In this document: positions 1 through 16,181 of the stretch, in pieces
Position numbering within the stretch: the first letter of the stretch is position 1
Layout: every line of letters begins with the position of its first letter
Notes under the pieces: generated by a model
Databases searched by the model: none
The model's input: only the letters and a program-made list of their open reading frames with translations
What the model was told of the DNA's origin: nothing
Origin: the human T2T-CHM13v2.0 reference genome, Homo sapiens
Strand: one strand, 5' to 3'
Assembly (NCBI RefSeq): GCF_009914755.1
Contig: NC_060944.1
Length of the DNA stretch: 64,000 nucleotides
Program-made: the position numbers and the translations under genes

Positions 1-584
1 CCCCTTTCTTCGTCCCAGGCAATAGCTTCTGGGAAGTAGGAGTCAGTGCTCAGAGGCACCAATGGGAGGATCATCAGGACTGGACCGAGAGAGCCGCAGA
101 CTCGGGGGAGAGTACCGGGAGTCCCAGACCACAGAAAGACAGAACCTCAGCCATGTGCAGACTCTGAGAACCAGCAGATGACGGTTTCTAGAACCAAATA
201 TTTTCAGGTTCAAGGATTCAGGGACTAGTAGATCTGTAGAATTATCGATTTATAAGATCACGGACCTGGTTGCAATTGGTTCCAGAGAATTCATATATCC
301 ATTGAGATAGAGATTTAAAAAAAAATCACAGCAGCTGATGAGTTCAGGAGTAAATTACCTTGGTGTCTTCAACTTGCTCCCACATGGATCAGGCAAGAAA
401 AGCCCCCCCAAAAGTAGAAATATGCATCTTTCTCATTTAACCTAGCTAGAGGGAAGGCCCGCAGACTGAAGAATTAACAACTGGTAAATTGAGGCAATCA
501 TTGTACTAATCATTTGACTGTCTATGGGCTTAAAAATTGTCAAAATAAAAAGCCAGGAAATAGTAATAAAGAAAAGGAAATGTG

Positions 585-722
585 GGTCAGGCATGGTGGC
601 TCACGCCTGTAATTCCAGCACTTTAGGAGGCTGAGGCGGTAGGATCGCGTGAGCCCAGGAGATTGAGACCAGCCTGAGCAATATATTGAGACCTCGTTTC
701 TATGGGAAGAAAAAAAAAAGCA
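585..722 (+). mobile_element. FLAM / Alu left monomer
   Basis: Alu left arm plus A tail; TSD AAAGAAAA(G/T)GAAATGTG at 568-584 and 723-739. Confidence 0.9.
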
Positions 723-859
723 AAAGAAAATGAAATGTGAATACCAACCAGGACATTACAAATTATGCAACTTGGTAATCTATAATATTATGACTTTCCA
801 AATCTATGCATCTGTTATTCTCTTCATTCACTCATTGTATATTTTATTTATACACTTTT

Positions 860-1060
860 GCAGAGTACCTACGTGGTCACAAGGAGAAACTGTTCTAAGG
901 CTTTACAAATGTTAACTCGTTTAATTCTTATGACATTTCTAAGGGCATTATGAATAGTAACTCATTGAATTCTTACAACTGGATGAGGTAGGTGCTGTTA
1001 TGATGCACGTTTTACAGATAAGGAAACTGAGGCAGTGAGAGGTGGAGTAACTTGCTTAAA
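860..1060 (-). mobile_element. MIR
   Basis: 'ttttacagataaggaaactgaggc...gtaacttgc' MIR core; many similar MIRs elsewhere are not listed individually. Confidence 0.8.
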
Positions 1061-3124
1061 CGGTGCTCACTGTGTTATTAAGCCTCTACTGTGTACCAGG
1101 TGCTGTGCTAGACAGAGCAGTGAACAGGACAGACTTTGTCCACACCCTGGGGGAACTTGGCAGAGGAGACAGATAATAAACAAGCATGATTGTTTATAAG
1201 TTCAAAGCGGAAAATAAGCCTGCTGCTTTGATGGAAGGTGGGGGTATGGGGTCCCCAAGATTGAGCGAACAGGTGAGGCTCTTCTGAAAAGGTGGCCTTT
1301 TGCTGAGACCTGAAGTACGAGGAGAACCCTGGATTTGAGAGACATGACTGTCATTTGCCTGGGCTGTGCCCTCTGCCTGGACTGCCCTCCTGCTTCCGGC
1401 TTCTCTATGCCAACCTTGCCTTCACTGGTCCAGGTCTGGCTGGGCGGCACCTCCTCTGGAGGTGGGAGGTGAACTGGGGGCTTCCCCAGCCCCAGAGGGA
1501 ATCTGTCCTCCCCCTGGTCTTTTCTATCCTCCTGGTTCCCAGAGCAGACCTTAAATAAGGGAAGCCTCCATGTGACTCAGCGGCACCACCTGTGCCAGGC
1601 TCTGTGCTGGGATCTCACCCAACCCCGAGTGGGGAGCATAGTTTTCTCCTGGGGAGGAGATAGAGGCTCAGAGAGGTTAAGAGACTTGCCCAAGGATGCA
1701 CAGCTAACAAGTGTTCAAAGGAAAATCCACACTCAGGACTACAGGCTGTCTTTTGGTGACTGGTTTACCTGCTCACCTGCCTGCCTACCCTGGGCACCTC
1801 TCGAGGGCAGGTCCTGGGTGCTGGAGTCAGTTCTGTGTACCAGCATCGCCCAGCCCTGGGTCTGGCCTACATGGGATGATTTTCCCTTCACCAGGCTGAG
1901 AGCATGAGACATGAAGGACTAGGCCAGGGCCCTGGGGGCTAGCTCTACCCCAAGGGGAAGGTGGACACGGGCCTGAGCCCCTAGGCTCCCAGACAGACCC
2001 TGTGCTGGCTCCCGCCCTCTGTCCCCCTTCTTCCCTGGCCCAAACTGGCATGGTGCCTTCCCTGGCTCTCTTAGGCTGCTCTGCCCAGGGCTGAGAGGGA
2101 TGCAGGGGCCCAGATCCCTATCCCCAGCAGACAATAACCTCTGGGGCCACTGAGCAGATGGGGAAACTGAGTCTCAGCTGAGTCAAGCCTGACACAGTGG
2201 GGGTGGGGTCAGGGTCCAGGAATCTTGTGGGTTCACAAGCACAGGCACAGAGGCGGGAGGCATGTGCACATGGACACGCTTGCTGTGTACATGAGGCTGA
2301 TGTGAGCCAATGAGGACACACCATTGGTGCAGATGGCACTGGGAACACAGCCGCCCACACACGCCCATGTGCACACGTGTGCATAAACAACCGTGAGTGC
2401 CTTCCTGGTTTAAATCCCACTCTACTTCTTAGTCTTGCTGAGATACCGCACTTCCCTGGGCCTCAGTGTTCAGATCTAGGAAATGGGGGCATAGATTGAA
2501 GCCTGGGTAGGCTCGAGCCTGGTTTAGCCATCCTGGCCCCTTTTCTGCATGGGGCCCGGGGACCTGCCCTGGAGGTTTGAGGAGAGGGTTCAGTGCGGTG
2601 GTCTTCCCCATGCCGCAGTGGACATTGGGAGCCCCCTTGGGGCAAATGGCCTGTGTCACTCACCACTGGGCTGGCCCGGACTCTGCTCCCCAGGCTGGTT
2701 CCTGGCACTGACTGGCATAAGGCCAGGCTGCCTGGGTACTCAGCTCCCATGCTGGCCACAGGGGCTCCACCAGGCGTTGGGACAGAGAGGTGTCTAGAAA
2801 GTTCTGCCTTAGACAAGGGGTGCCTGTGTGCATGAGGGGCAGGCTCCGCTCAGCTCCCCTCCCCGTGACTCTCTTGCTGGGGGACTTCGTAGGGTGGAAG
2901 GAGCCCAACACCAGCGTCCCCAGGCTGGATTCAAGGCCAGCTCCACGCTCTGGGGCTCTGAGGCCTGGGAGCCTCGGTCTTCTCATGTGCAAAATGAAGA
3001 GCATCAACCCACCTGCCGCAGGGACAAAACAACAGCATAGTGGCTGGCACACAGTAGGTGCTCAACAAATGCCAGCTGTCTAGCTGCAGACTACGGTCAC
3101 AGTTTCATTCATTCATCCACTCAT

Positions 3125-3423
3125 TTTGTTATTTATGTATTTGAGACCGGGTCTTGCTCTGTCATCCAGGCTGGAGTGTAGTGGCGTGATCACGGCTCGT
3201 TGCAGCCTCGACCTCCCAGGCTCAAGCAATCCTCCCACACTTAGCCTCCCGAGTAGCTGGGATTACAGGCGTGTGCCAACACACCTGGCTAATTTTTCGC
3301 ATACAAAATCCCTTCTCGACGAAAAATACTCCTGGGCTCAAGCGAACTCCTGGGCTCAAGCGATCCACCCTCCTTGGCCTCCCAAAGTGCTGGGATTACA
3401 GGCATGAGCCAGTGTGCTTGGCC
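3125..3423 (-). mobile_element. AluJ with internal rearrangement
   Basis: Alu antisense with J-type 'ggctcaagcaatcctccc'; middle segment inverted and duplicated. Confidence 0.9.
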
Positions 3424-4029
3424 CCATCATTGATTTAACCTGTATTTATTGAGACCCTACTATGTGTCAGGCCCTGAGGGGAGTGTTGGGATCACATCAC
3501 AGAACAAAGCGGACAGAATCCCCGCCTTCCCAGAGCTGACAGTCTAGTGGGAGAGATGGGCATTGAATGAGTAAACAGCATCATTTGAGATTGTGGTAAA
3601 GGAAATGAAGCAGAGAGCTGGGATGCGGGGTGACCAGCAGGACAGCCAGGGAGGGCCTCCAAGAAGCAGGCATGACCTAAGAGAAGGGTGCTGGGGGTGG
3701 ATGAGTGGTAAAGGTAAGGGCCCTGAGGTGGGAACAAGCTAGGTGGGTCAAAGAACAGTAGGGAGGCCACCGTGGCTGGAATAGGGAGAGTGAAAGGGAG
3801 AGGGCTGGAGAGAAGGGGAGGGAGTGGACCCTGCGGGGCTTCGAAGGCAGGAGTGAGGAATTTGAATTTCATTCCAAGGGTAATTATTATGAACAAAGAC
3901 CAAAGTTATGAATGACTACGAGACACAAAATGCAAACTCACTGTGATTCACTTCCAGCCCAGAACTTGGGCACTTTGGATCAGGAAACTTAAAGAAAAGC
4001 ACCTGCACACACAACTTCTCTGTGGCTAG

Positions 4030-4158
4030 TTTTGTTTATTTCTTGTAGAGATGGGGTCTCACTACATTACCCAGGCTGGTCTCGAACTCCTGGACTCAAG
4101 CAATACTCCCACTTTAGCCTCAAGTGCTGGGATGACAGATGTGAACCACTGGCCAGGC
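4030..4158 (-). mobile_element. FLAM / AluJ monomer
   Basis: Alu left arm antisense. Confidence 0.85.
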
Positions 4159-5187
4159 TATGACGTTCATTTTAGAAAGAAATACAAAGGTAACAGGCCT
4201 TTGCCATTTGTTGAATGTAAATTCAGAGCGTTACACACAAATGCGAGTTTGTTAGTTGCAAAGGCAGTCACGGTCTCTGACTTCAGTGCTGGTTGTGAGA
4301 GTGAGGTGAGCTGGGGAGGGGGCATGATATCACCAGCCCGGATTTCAACAGTGCAATGCCAATTGGGGAAGGCTTGGGAGATCAGCTGGTCCACCCCACT
4401 GACTCCCAGATGAGGAAACTGAGGTCCAGACGAGGGGAAGTGAGTGGCCAAAGGTGACACTGTGAGTCAGAGGCAGATGCGGGACTTGAACCCAGGTCCC
4501 CTGACTCCTAACCCAGACTTTCTGAGAAATGAGTGTCTTGCCACGTGCTTCCCCTTTGCCCTTTCCTCCTGGACAGTGTCAGCTGTCCTTGGGGCCAGGA
4601 AGGAGACATGGAGGCCAGGGGTTTCTGGTGGACCCCACCACAGGGCTTCTCATCTGAGGCACCGCTGGGATGTTAAGCCGGATGGTGCTTTGAGGTAGAG
4701 GCTGCCCTGTGCTAGGCCTTCAGGCCATTTTTCAGACAGGATCGGGACTTGGAGACCAGGGCCCAGGGATGCCGCTTGAGGTGACAGAACTGGAAAAGAT
4801 GAAGGGAAGAAAGGAATGTAACCCACATTGAATAATGAAGCCTGACGCTTTAACCCTACAATGGCCATTGCTGGATGTTGACGTAAACAATAGGTGTCTA
4901 CAGGATGAATTAGCCAAACGACAACTCCGGTGTGAGCAGAACGGGCTCATTGGGTCAAGACACAATTCCACCACAGAACGGGTTTCACAAAGGACCATGT
5001 CCCATCAACTCAGCAATGAAACCATCGTGGTCTGGAAACCTGAGATCAGGACCCACAGAATGACTGGCGGAATGACAGACCAAATGTGGAAGATGTTCCA
5101 ACCAGGTGTGAAAAAGTCATTCTGTGAATTATGAGAGTGTGGGAAAAACATACTCACTGGAAAAAAAATCCAGTTGTTAAGATAGAT

Positions 5188-7652
<2,465 letters not shown>

Positions 7653-9977
7653 TATAATATGATTTGAAATAGTGGTGCAACACTAAATTCATAACCTTAT
7701 TTATTACTACCTGAACACTTATTATCTGACAAGTACTTTCTAAGTGCTCACCACACATGATCTCCTTTGGACTGCATGACAGCTCTAGACACTGGTTCTC
7801 TGTTCATCCCCATTTTACAGATGAGGAAATGCAGACACAGATAAGCTATATATCTTGCCCAAAGTTTCTCTTCTAATAAGTGGTGAAGTAGAATTCAAAC
7901 CCAGGTTCAGTCGTGTCAAACATTAAAATGTATCTATATTTCACATTAAATAGAATTCATATACAGCTAAGAGAAAAAGGTCACCTTATGGTTGACTGGT
8001 TGACGTAGTATTATAATCACAGTATTTCGCTTCGATGTTCTGATTTCCCTGGGAGCCAATAAATTTGTGTTTTAATTCTCAAAGTTTTCTGCCTGAGGCT
8101 GTGTTGTTGCTAATGGCCAGTGGATGAAAGAGCTCTTAGGCTGTTCCCAGTCCGTCCAGCTGCCATGTTGACTCACCGTCAGTCCCTCCCTCCAGCTAGC
8201 CCCCATGGGAAATTCACAAGGAAGCAGGGTCTTCTGGGGAAAATGTCCCAGGCAGCTCAGATCCCCGGAGGGTCAATGAGGGAGGGACAGGATGTGTAAG
8301 GGGAGGAAGTGGGGGGTGCGAGAACGGCCTTGGTGCTCTGCCCCCTAGGTGTTCCCAGTGTGAATCTGGTCTGACCTGCTGTGCTTCTTCTGCCCGGGCT
8401 TCTTGAAGGAGGCCTACCCTGACCCCAAGAGTGGCCTCTGGGTGACCCAACCAAAGGCCCCTCCTGCTTCTTCTCACATAAGGTCCCCTCCTCTCAAACC
8501 CAAGGCCCAGCCTCTTCCACCTCCTCCAGGAAGCCTTCTCTGTCTACCCCACTCTCAATAATATCCTTGTTCCCCGAAATAAATATCAATCCTGGACCAA
8601 ACGTCTCACACTAGCAGCCCTCAGATGTACTTTTTAGGCCTGTATCATGTTTTCTAAACTTTTAATTTGACTCCCAGCATTGAAAAGCAAGAGATTTCAC
8701 CTAAAAATGTGAACACACACCCTCTCTTACAAATGTGGAAAGCCTGGCATCCCCTGGCCCTCGTTCCTTCTGGTGAGCCCAGCCCTGCGCCTGGCACACA
8801 GCCTGGGTGCACCAGCCACAGCCTTCTTGGAGCACTGGCTTCAGAGGCACGCAGGCCCGATTTGCCCTTCCTGGCCATGGGACATGGCAAAAAATGCTTC
8901 TTGTGCAGCCTCAATTTCCCCATTTGGAACCAGGGCTTAAAACAAAACCTCCTTCATGGGGTTGTTGGGAAGAAGAAATGAACTAATAGGTGGAGCGGGC
9001 TTAGCACGGGCCAGGCATTCAGAAGCCTGGATTAATGATATTTCGTTTTCTTGTTTTCCTTTTTGTTTTCTTGCTTTGGTATCTCTCATTTCCTCATGGT
9101 CCTATCCTTCCCCACTCAGTCTGTCTGTTCGTCCATCCATCTGCCATTCTACAAATGCCTACTGTGTTCCGGGCACATGGAGGATCCAGTTGTTCCCCTC
9201 GGAAAACCCCTCTTCCTGGTCTGCCTGAGCAGAGAGCCATTTCATCCACACATGCATTCATTCACTCATTCATTCAAATGCTCACTGAATACCGACTGTG
9301 TGCCAGGAATTGTTCGGAACATCAAGGAAACAGCACTGAACGAAACAGACAAAAATCTCTGCTGTCCTGGGGCTGATGTTCTACTGGTGGCAGACAGACC
9401 ATAAACCAATTATAATGTGAGGTAGCACTAAGTGCTGGGAAGAAAAATCACAGATGTGGCGGGGGCAGCTGCTTGGTCAGGAAGGCCTCTCTATGAGCAG
9501 GGAGGGGGCCGTGTGGCTGGCTCCAGGATAAGAACATTCCACGAAGAGGGAACCAGTGCAAAGGCCCTGAGGCGGGTGCGGGCCTGGAGTGTTTGGGGGC
9601 AGAGCGTGAGTGGAGGGGTGTGAGTTACGTATTTCCGTGATGTTAGAATTCCTCTCCTCCCTGTCATTCTCTTCCCCCTCCTCTGCTTTCTCTCTCTCTC
9701 TCATTTTTTTTAAAACAATGAGTCTCTTAATTTTGTTATCAGATACACAAGGACAATTCATAAAAATAGAAATAATATCTGGGAAGCGGTGGGCATGCCA
9801 TTGGCACACAGGAGTGGCGATGGCTATTCTTACCATTTCTTCTCATTTCTGGCAGGAATGAATCACTTACTTCCAACGTTTCCTAAAGAGGCAATGGGCT
9901 CCTGGGCCCTTTCTCACTCGGGAGGGCCTTTCCTCTGCCCCATCATTCTGAGGGTTTCTGGAAGGTGAGTGCGTAAG

Positions 9978-10223
9978 ATGTGTGTGTCTGTATGTGTGTG
10001 TGTCTGTGTGTGTATGTGTGTGTGTGTGTCTGTGTGTGTGTGTCTGTGTGTATGTGTGTGTGTGTCTGTGTCTGTGTGTGAGTCTGTGTGTGTGTGTCTC
10101 TCTGCGTCTGTGTCTGTGTGTGTCTGTGTGTGTGTACGTGTGTGTCTGTGTGTGTCTGTGTGTGTGCGTGTGTCTGTGTGTGTGCGTGTGTCTGTGTGTG
10201 TGTGTCTGTGTCTGTGTGTGTGT
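9978..10223 (+). repeat. Compound (TG)n / TGTC microsatellite, ~245 bp
   Basis: Directly visible. Confidence 0.97.
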
Positions 10224-11304
10224 CTTGCCAAAGAAGGGTGCTGTTGCCTCTTCCCCTTCGCTCCCCTCATCTCCTCTTTTCTATCTTCTGCCCCTTTGGT
10301 GGAAAGAAGCATCCAAGCGTGGGGAGCCTTGTTTCGGGGCCACTGAGAACTTGCTGAGCTGAGCTTGCTGAAGCTTACGATAGCGAGGCCAGGGTGGGAT
10401 GTGGCTCATTGTGTCAGAAAAGAGGTTCATAGAACTCTTGAGAATGGGAGTCCTAGAAATAGGGCCCTAGGCCCATCTGAAGTCTTCTCACTTGTCCCCA
10501 GAGCTTCAGGCTCCTTCCTGTCCCCCCACCTTCCTGGATGCTGCCTGGTCTAGCCCCATCATCCTGCCTGCGCCATTGCAGTCACCTCCTGCCTGGGGCC
10601 CCTGCTTCTGCCCTGGGCCACCCTGCCTGTTCCTCACACGCAGCCAGAGGACCCTGCCAGAACCAACTCAGACCCTGTCCCACCCCTGCTCAGAGCCCTC
10701 CCAGGGATCCCACCCCACTCAGAGGCCCTGTGAGGTCCTGCGAGGCCCTGCGTGTTGGCTCCTATCTCCTCTCTGAGCTCACCTCTCCCACTCACCGCCT
10801 TGCCCTCTGCCCCCTTGCCCAGCCACACTGGCCTCCCTGCTACGTGACAGGCTCCTACTCTAGCTTTTGGACCCTACTGCACCCCTCCCACCCCAGGGAC
10901 CTCTGCCCCTCCTCTTGGGGTCAGCTGGGCAGCCTGCCCTGTACTCCCTAACCCCCTCCAACCCCAGGAGTGGGGCTTCTTGATGCCAGCCTCCAAGCCC
11001 TTTATCACGTGTCCATGGGCAGTGTTCTGAGGTGTCAGCCCTAGAAAGGTTGGCTGGATCTGGGTGCACTGTGGTGCCCCAGTGCCTGGAACAGTGTTGG
11101 CTGCCTGGAACAGTATTGGTGCACAATATGCAGTAGGCATTCAATTAGTGCTTGCTGAATGAGGGAGCCTCAGCGTTTTAAAATCAGACCTTGAAAACGT
11201 TGCAAAGTTCTTAGAATCCCAGGCTTGAAGAATTGGAGACTGGGAGGCAGTGAGGCTGGGTGAGTCTGGAAGGCTGCGGGCCCATCTGCCCCATCCTGGT
11301 CGGC

Positions 11305-11720
11305 TGTGTGTGTGTCTCTCTTTTTGAATCTGTCTCTGTCTTTTTCTCTCTCTGTCACTGTCTCTTTCTGTCTCTGTCTTGTTTACCTCCTTCTCATTGT
11401 TTCTCTGTGTGTTGTCTGTCTCTGTTTCTGTCTCTCTCTTTTCTCTGCCTCTTCTCTCCTCTCCTCTCCCCACAGCTTCCTTCCCTGCCCCCCTCCTCCT
11501 TTCTTCCTCTCCTGTCTCCTCCCATCCTCTCCCCTTCTCCTTTCCTCTCTCTCTTTCCACTGTTTTTTCTCTTCCTTTCTCCCCACTGTCCCTCTCTGTA
11601 TCTCTCGTTTCTCTGTCTCGGTCATCCGTGTGTCTCTCCTCCTTGCTGTCATCTTCTGTCCCTGCCTCCATGGGCACCCAGCCAGCTTCTGCTGTGGAGC
11701 GTTTTTCTGCCTCTCTGTCC
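11305..11720 (+). repeat. CT-rich low-complexity polypyrimidine tract
   Basis: Directly visible. Confidence 0.9.
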
Positions 11721-13777
11721 TCCATCTGCCCCACCCAGGGGCCCTATCCAATTGTCACAAAGGCTAGCCCATGGCCAGTCCTGTGAGGGGCTGGTGCTGG
11801 GCGTGGAAGCTCTTCTTGACCTTCTTACTTGTGGCATGACTCGAAAAGTTGCGAACCTTTCTGCTCTCTGAGCTCTGATTTCCTTGTCTAGCCAAAGAGA
11901 ATAACAATTTCTGGTACTTCCTTGATTTCTATGCTAAGTACATTTATTATTTCACTGGCTCGTGGTGAAGCTTGGAGAAGTTTATGGGTGGGGAACCTCA
12001 CCAACAAAACCTCCATGGCAGCAGAAGCAGGCCTTGCCAGGAGCTGACCATGTGCTGACCTGGGCTGGGCATGTTCCCTGGCTGGGGCATGGCCGCTGTC
12101 TGTCCTGGGCTCAGCACACAGTGGTCTCTTTCTGCCCAGCCAGGCCTCCTTTCAGAAACTTGAACTCATTAGGCTGCCTCCAGCCACAGGGCCTTTGCAG
12201 GGGCTGTTCCTTCTGTCTGGGATGCTCTTCCTTCTATCTTTGACCTGGTTAAACTGGGGCCTTCTTATTCTTCTGATTTGGGCTCAAACATCCCCTCTTC
12301 CAGGAAGCCCTCCCTGATGACACCCCCCCAAGTCAGGTCACCTTGTTAACCACTTTCTATCCCTTACCACAGTTATAATTATTTATTTGCTCTCAGTCCC
12401 CACAGGGCTCCCCACCCCATCTTCTGGGCTTAAGGCTCCCCAGGAGGGAAGTTGAGAGGTCCAGGCCCATGAGTCAGCAGAGCTTGGCTTCCCCTCTTAG
12501 CACTTTCTTTGGGGCGGTTGGGGCCTGGCCTCCTCCAAGGGGGACTAAATTCAGGGGTGACTAGGTGGTGGGGAGGTGGCCAAGTCCTCTCTCCGCCCCC
12601 TACCCCAGCTGCCCAGCATCAGACAACTTCTCTCTGCTTCTGTGCCAACACCTGCCTGAGCCACTGTTGACACACTCACCTCCCCCACCCCAGCTCCATT
12701 GCCACCTTCTCCTGGGGAAGCCAGAGGGAGCTTTTCATAATCTAAATCTGACCTCCAACGGCCGTGCTCCAAACCCTTCCATGGCTCCCCGTTACTCTCT
12801 GAATAAAGCCCCAGCCCCTCAGCCGGCCTCCACGCCCTCTGTGGCCTGGCCTGGCCTCTTCCCCTTCATGTCCCAGCAGCCCCCAGCTCCCAGCAGCTCC
12901 CTGCCCCCAGGTCTTCGTGCTTGTTGTCCCACCAAATGGATGAAAGCCACCTGTTCACTCCCTCACCTCCTTCAAGCCCAGACATCACCTTCCTAGCGAG
13001 GCCTTCCCTGACAGCGCTTCTTAAAATTGCAGACTCCCCACCATCTTTCCCCTGCTTCCCTCCTTTATTTCTCCCTAGAACCCCAGCCTCTGGGAATAGG
13101 CCATAGAGTTTATGGATTCATTTTGTTTTTCGTCTGTCTCCCAGACTAGAATGTCAGTTCCCCACGGGCAGGTGCCATTGTTTCTCCTCTTCCTTACTGT
13201 GTCCTAAGGAAGGAGTGAGCGAGGCCTGTGTGGCTGTGGGGTCAGATGGGCTTGGGTTCAAGTTCTGGCTCATTCACTGCCTCACTTTCTCTCCTTAAGA
13301 GCTGAGTAAACTCTTGTGTGTAAAGTGTCTAGTGCCTACACGTGTCTAGAGGAAAAAAAGCCAAAATGAGAACTCGTCACTCATGATTTCGGGGAGATGG
13401 GTGATGCTGCTTAGGCCTGGCCACACCCTGGTGTTGTTACCCGGCCATTGAAAAGTATGACCCGCAGCCCTCCCAGGACCCTTCTGTTTCGTTTGTTTGC
13501 TTTTAAGTATTATTTGTTACACAAGCATTTTTTTCCCTCTAGATTTTATTTTTAATGAAAAAATTCAAGGGAAATTAGTGTATGTAATATTCCACCCTTG
13601 TTTTAAACAGGAGGTGGAAGATACATGTGTATGTTTTTAAATTGAGGAAAAATTCACATAACATAAAAGTAACCATTTAAATGAACCATTGGCCATTTTA
13701 AAGTGAACAATTCAGTGGCATTTAGTTCATTCATAATGTAGTACAACCATCACCTCTATCTAGTTCCAAAACATTTT

Positions 13778-14136
13778 GTCCCCTCCCCTCCCCTCCCCTC
13801 CCCTCCCCTCCCCTCATCTCTCCTCTCCTCCCCTTCCCTTCCCTTCTTTTTTATTTTCCAGTCTCATTCTGTTGCCCAGGCTGGAGTACAGTGGTGTGAT
13901 CTCAGCTTAGGGCAGCCTCAACCTCCCCAGGCTCAGGTGATCCTCCCACCTCAGCCTCCTAGATAGCTGGGACTAAATGCACATGCTGCCACGCCCAGCT
14001 AATTTTTTGTATTTTTTGTAGAGGTGCGGTTTTGTCATGCTGCCCAGGCTGGTCTCAAACTCCTGGGCTCAAGTGATCTGCCTGCCTCGGCCTCCCAAAG
14101 TGCTGGGATTACAGGCATGAGTCACTGTGCTAGGCC
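13778..14136 (-). mobile_element. AluJ whose tail has become a (CCCCT)n microsatellite
   Basis: TSD CCAAAACATTTT at 13766-13777 and 14137-14148 encloses both the repeat and the Alu. Confidence 0.9.
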
Positions 14137-14379
14137 CCAAAACATTTTCAATCACCCAAAGGAGACCATGTACCCATTAAACAGTCACTCCTCATTCCTG
14201 CCTCCCCCCAGTTCCTGGCAACCGTCAGTCTTCTTTCTGTCTCTATGGGTTTATCTATACTGGAGACTTCATATAAACAGTATCATACAATATATGACCT
14301 TTTGTGTCTAACTTCTTTCAATTAGCCTAATGTTTTTGAGGTTCTTCCACGTTGTGGCATGCATCAGTACTTCATTTTT

Positions 14380-14685
<306 letters not shown>

Positions 14686-14709
14686 CAGTACTTCATTTTT
14701 AAAAAATGA

Positions 14710-15276
<567 letters not shown>

Positions 15277-15854
15277 TAAAGAAACCCTTTGTCCGGGCAG
15301 ACAGTCTGTATGGGATTTTCATTCTTACAGAAAAATAGGTAAGAATCCATTCTCAATGGTCACCAAGGGAAAAAAAGAAGGCTTTTGCAGAAAAGTAAAA
15401 ATGAAAAACCACAACAGTGCACACACAGTGGCTCCATGCGGGCATGTGAGACACACTAGACTGAGTGATTGTATGTGCAGATGTGAAAAAAACAGCAAAC
15501 AACAAAATCAGCCCCGAAACTAGTCTCTCTAGGAGGGGCTGGGCAGGAGCCTGGTCAGATGGAGAAACTGAAGTTGGGAAGAGGGGAGGGAACTCCTAGG
15601 AGAGAGTGATCTCCAAAAACTGCTCCCCACCCCTCCTTTTTAACTCCCTCCCCAAATACCAGGTCCCATTGGAGCCAAATTTCCTCAGTGTTTTGGAATC
15701 TCAGACCCGCAGGCAGGAGACAGATTCTTCCCCATGGAGGATGCGGTTGGGTTTTTAAGCTCCTGTAGATTGAGCACTTACTACCTGCTAAGTGTTTCAC
15801 CTACCTTATGGCCTGAGTCCTCTCCCAGCCCCTGAGGAAAAGCTATTGTTCCCT

Positions 15855-16181
15855 TATTTATTTATTGTTATTGTTACTTTTTATTTATTTACTTATTTTT
15901 TAGATGGAGTCCCGCTCTGTTGCCCATGCTGGAGTGCAGTGTCGCGATCTGGGTTCGCTGCAACCTCCGCCTCCCAGGTTCAAGTGATTCTCCTGCCTCA
16001 GCCTCCTGAGTAGCTACGATTACAGGTGCCCACCACCACGCCTGGCTAATTTTGTCTTTTTAGCAGAGACAGCGTTTCACCATGTTGGTCAGGCTGGTCT
16101 CAAACTCCTGACCTCAAGTGATCTTCCCACCTCGGCCTCCCAAAGTGCTGGGATTACAGGCGTGAGCTGCCGTGCTCAGCT
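15855..16181 (-). mobile_element. AluS
   Basis: Full Alu antisense. Confidence 0.9.

Noticed and set aside
27-35. Isolated TTCTGGGAA GAS motif (also at ~36655)
   Set aside because: Single TTCN3GAA matches are expected many times by chance in 64 kb
9914-10362. ORFs rich in CV or HT dipeptides
   Set aside because: Translations of the (TG)n microsatellite
11083-11119. 19-bp-period tandem duplication TGCCTGGAACAGT(G/A)TTGG
   Set aside because: Ordinary slippage duplication in an L2 3' end
11141-11871. 197-203 aa E/R-rich or L/S/F-rich ORFs
   Set aside because: Translations of the CT-rich low-complexity tract
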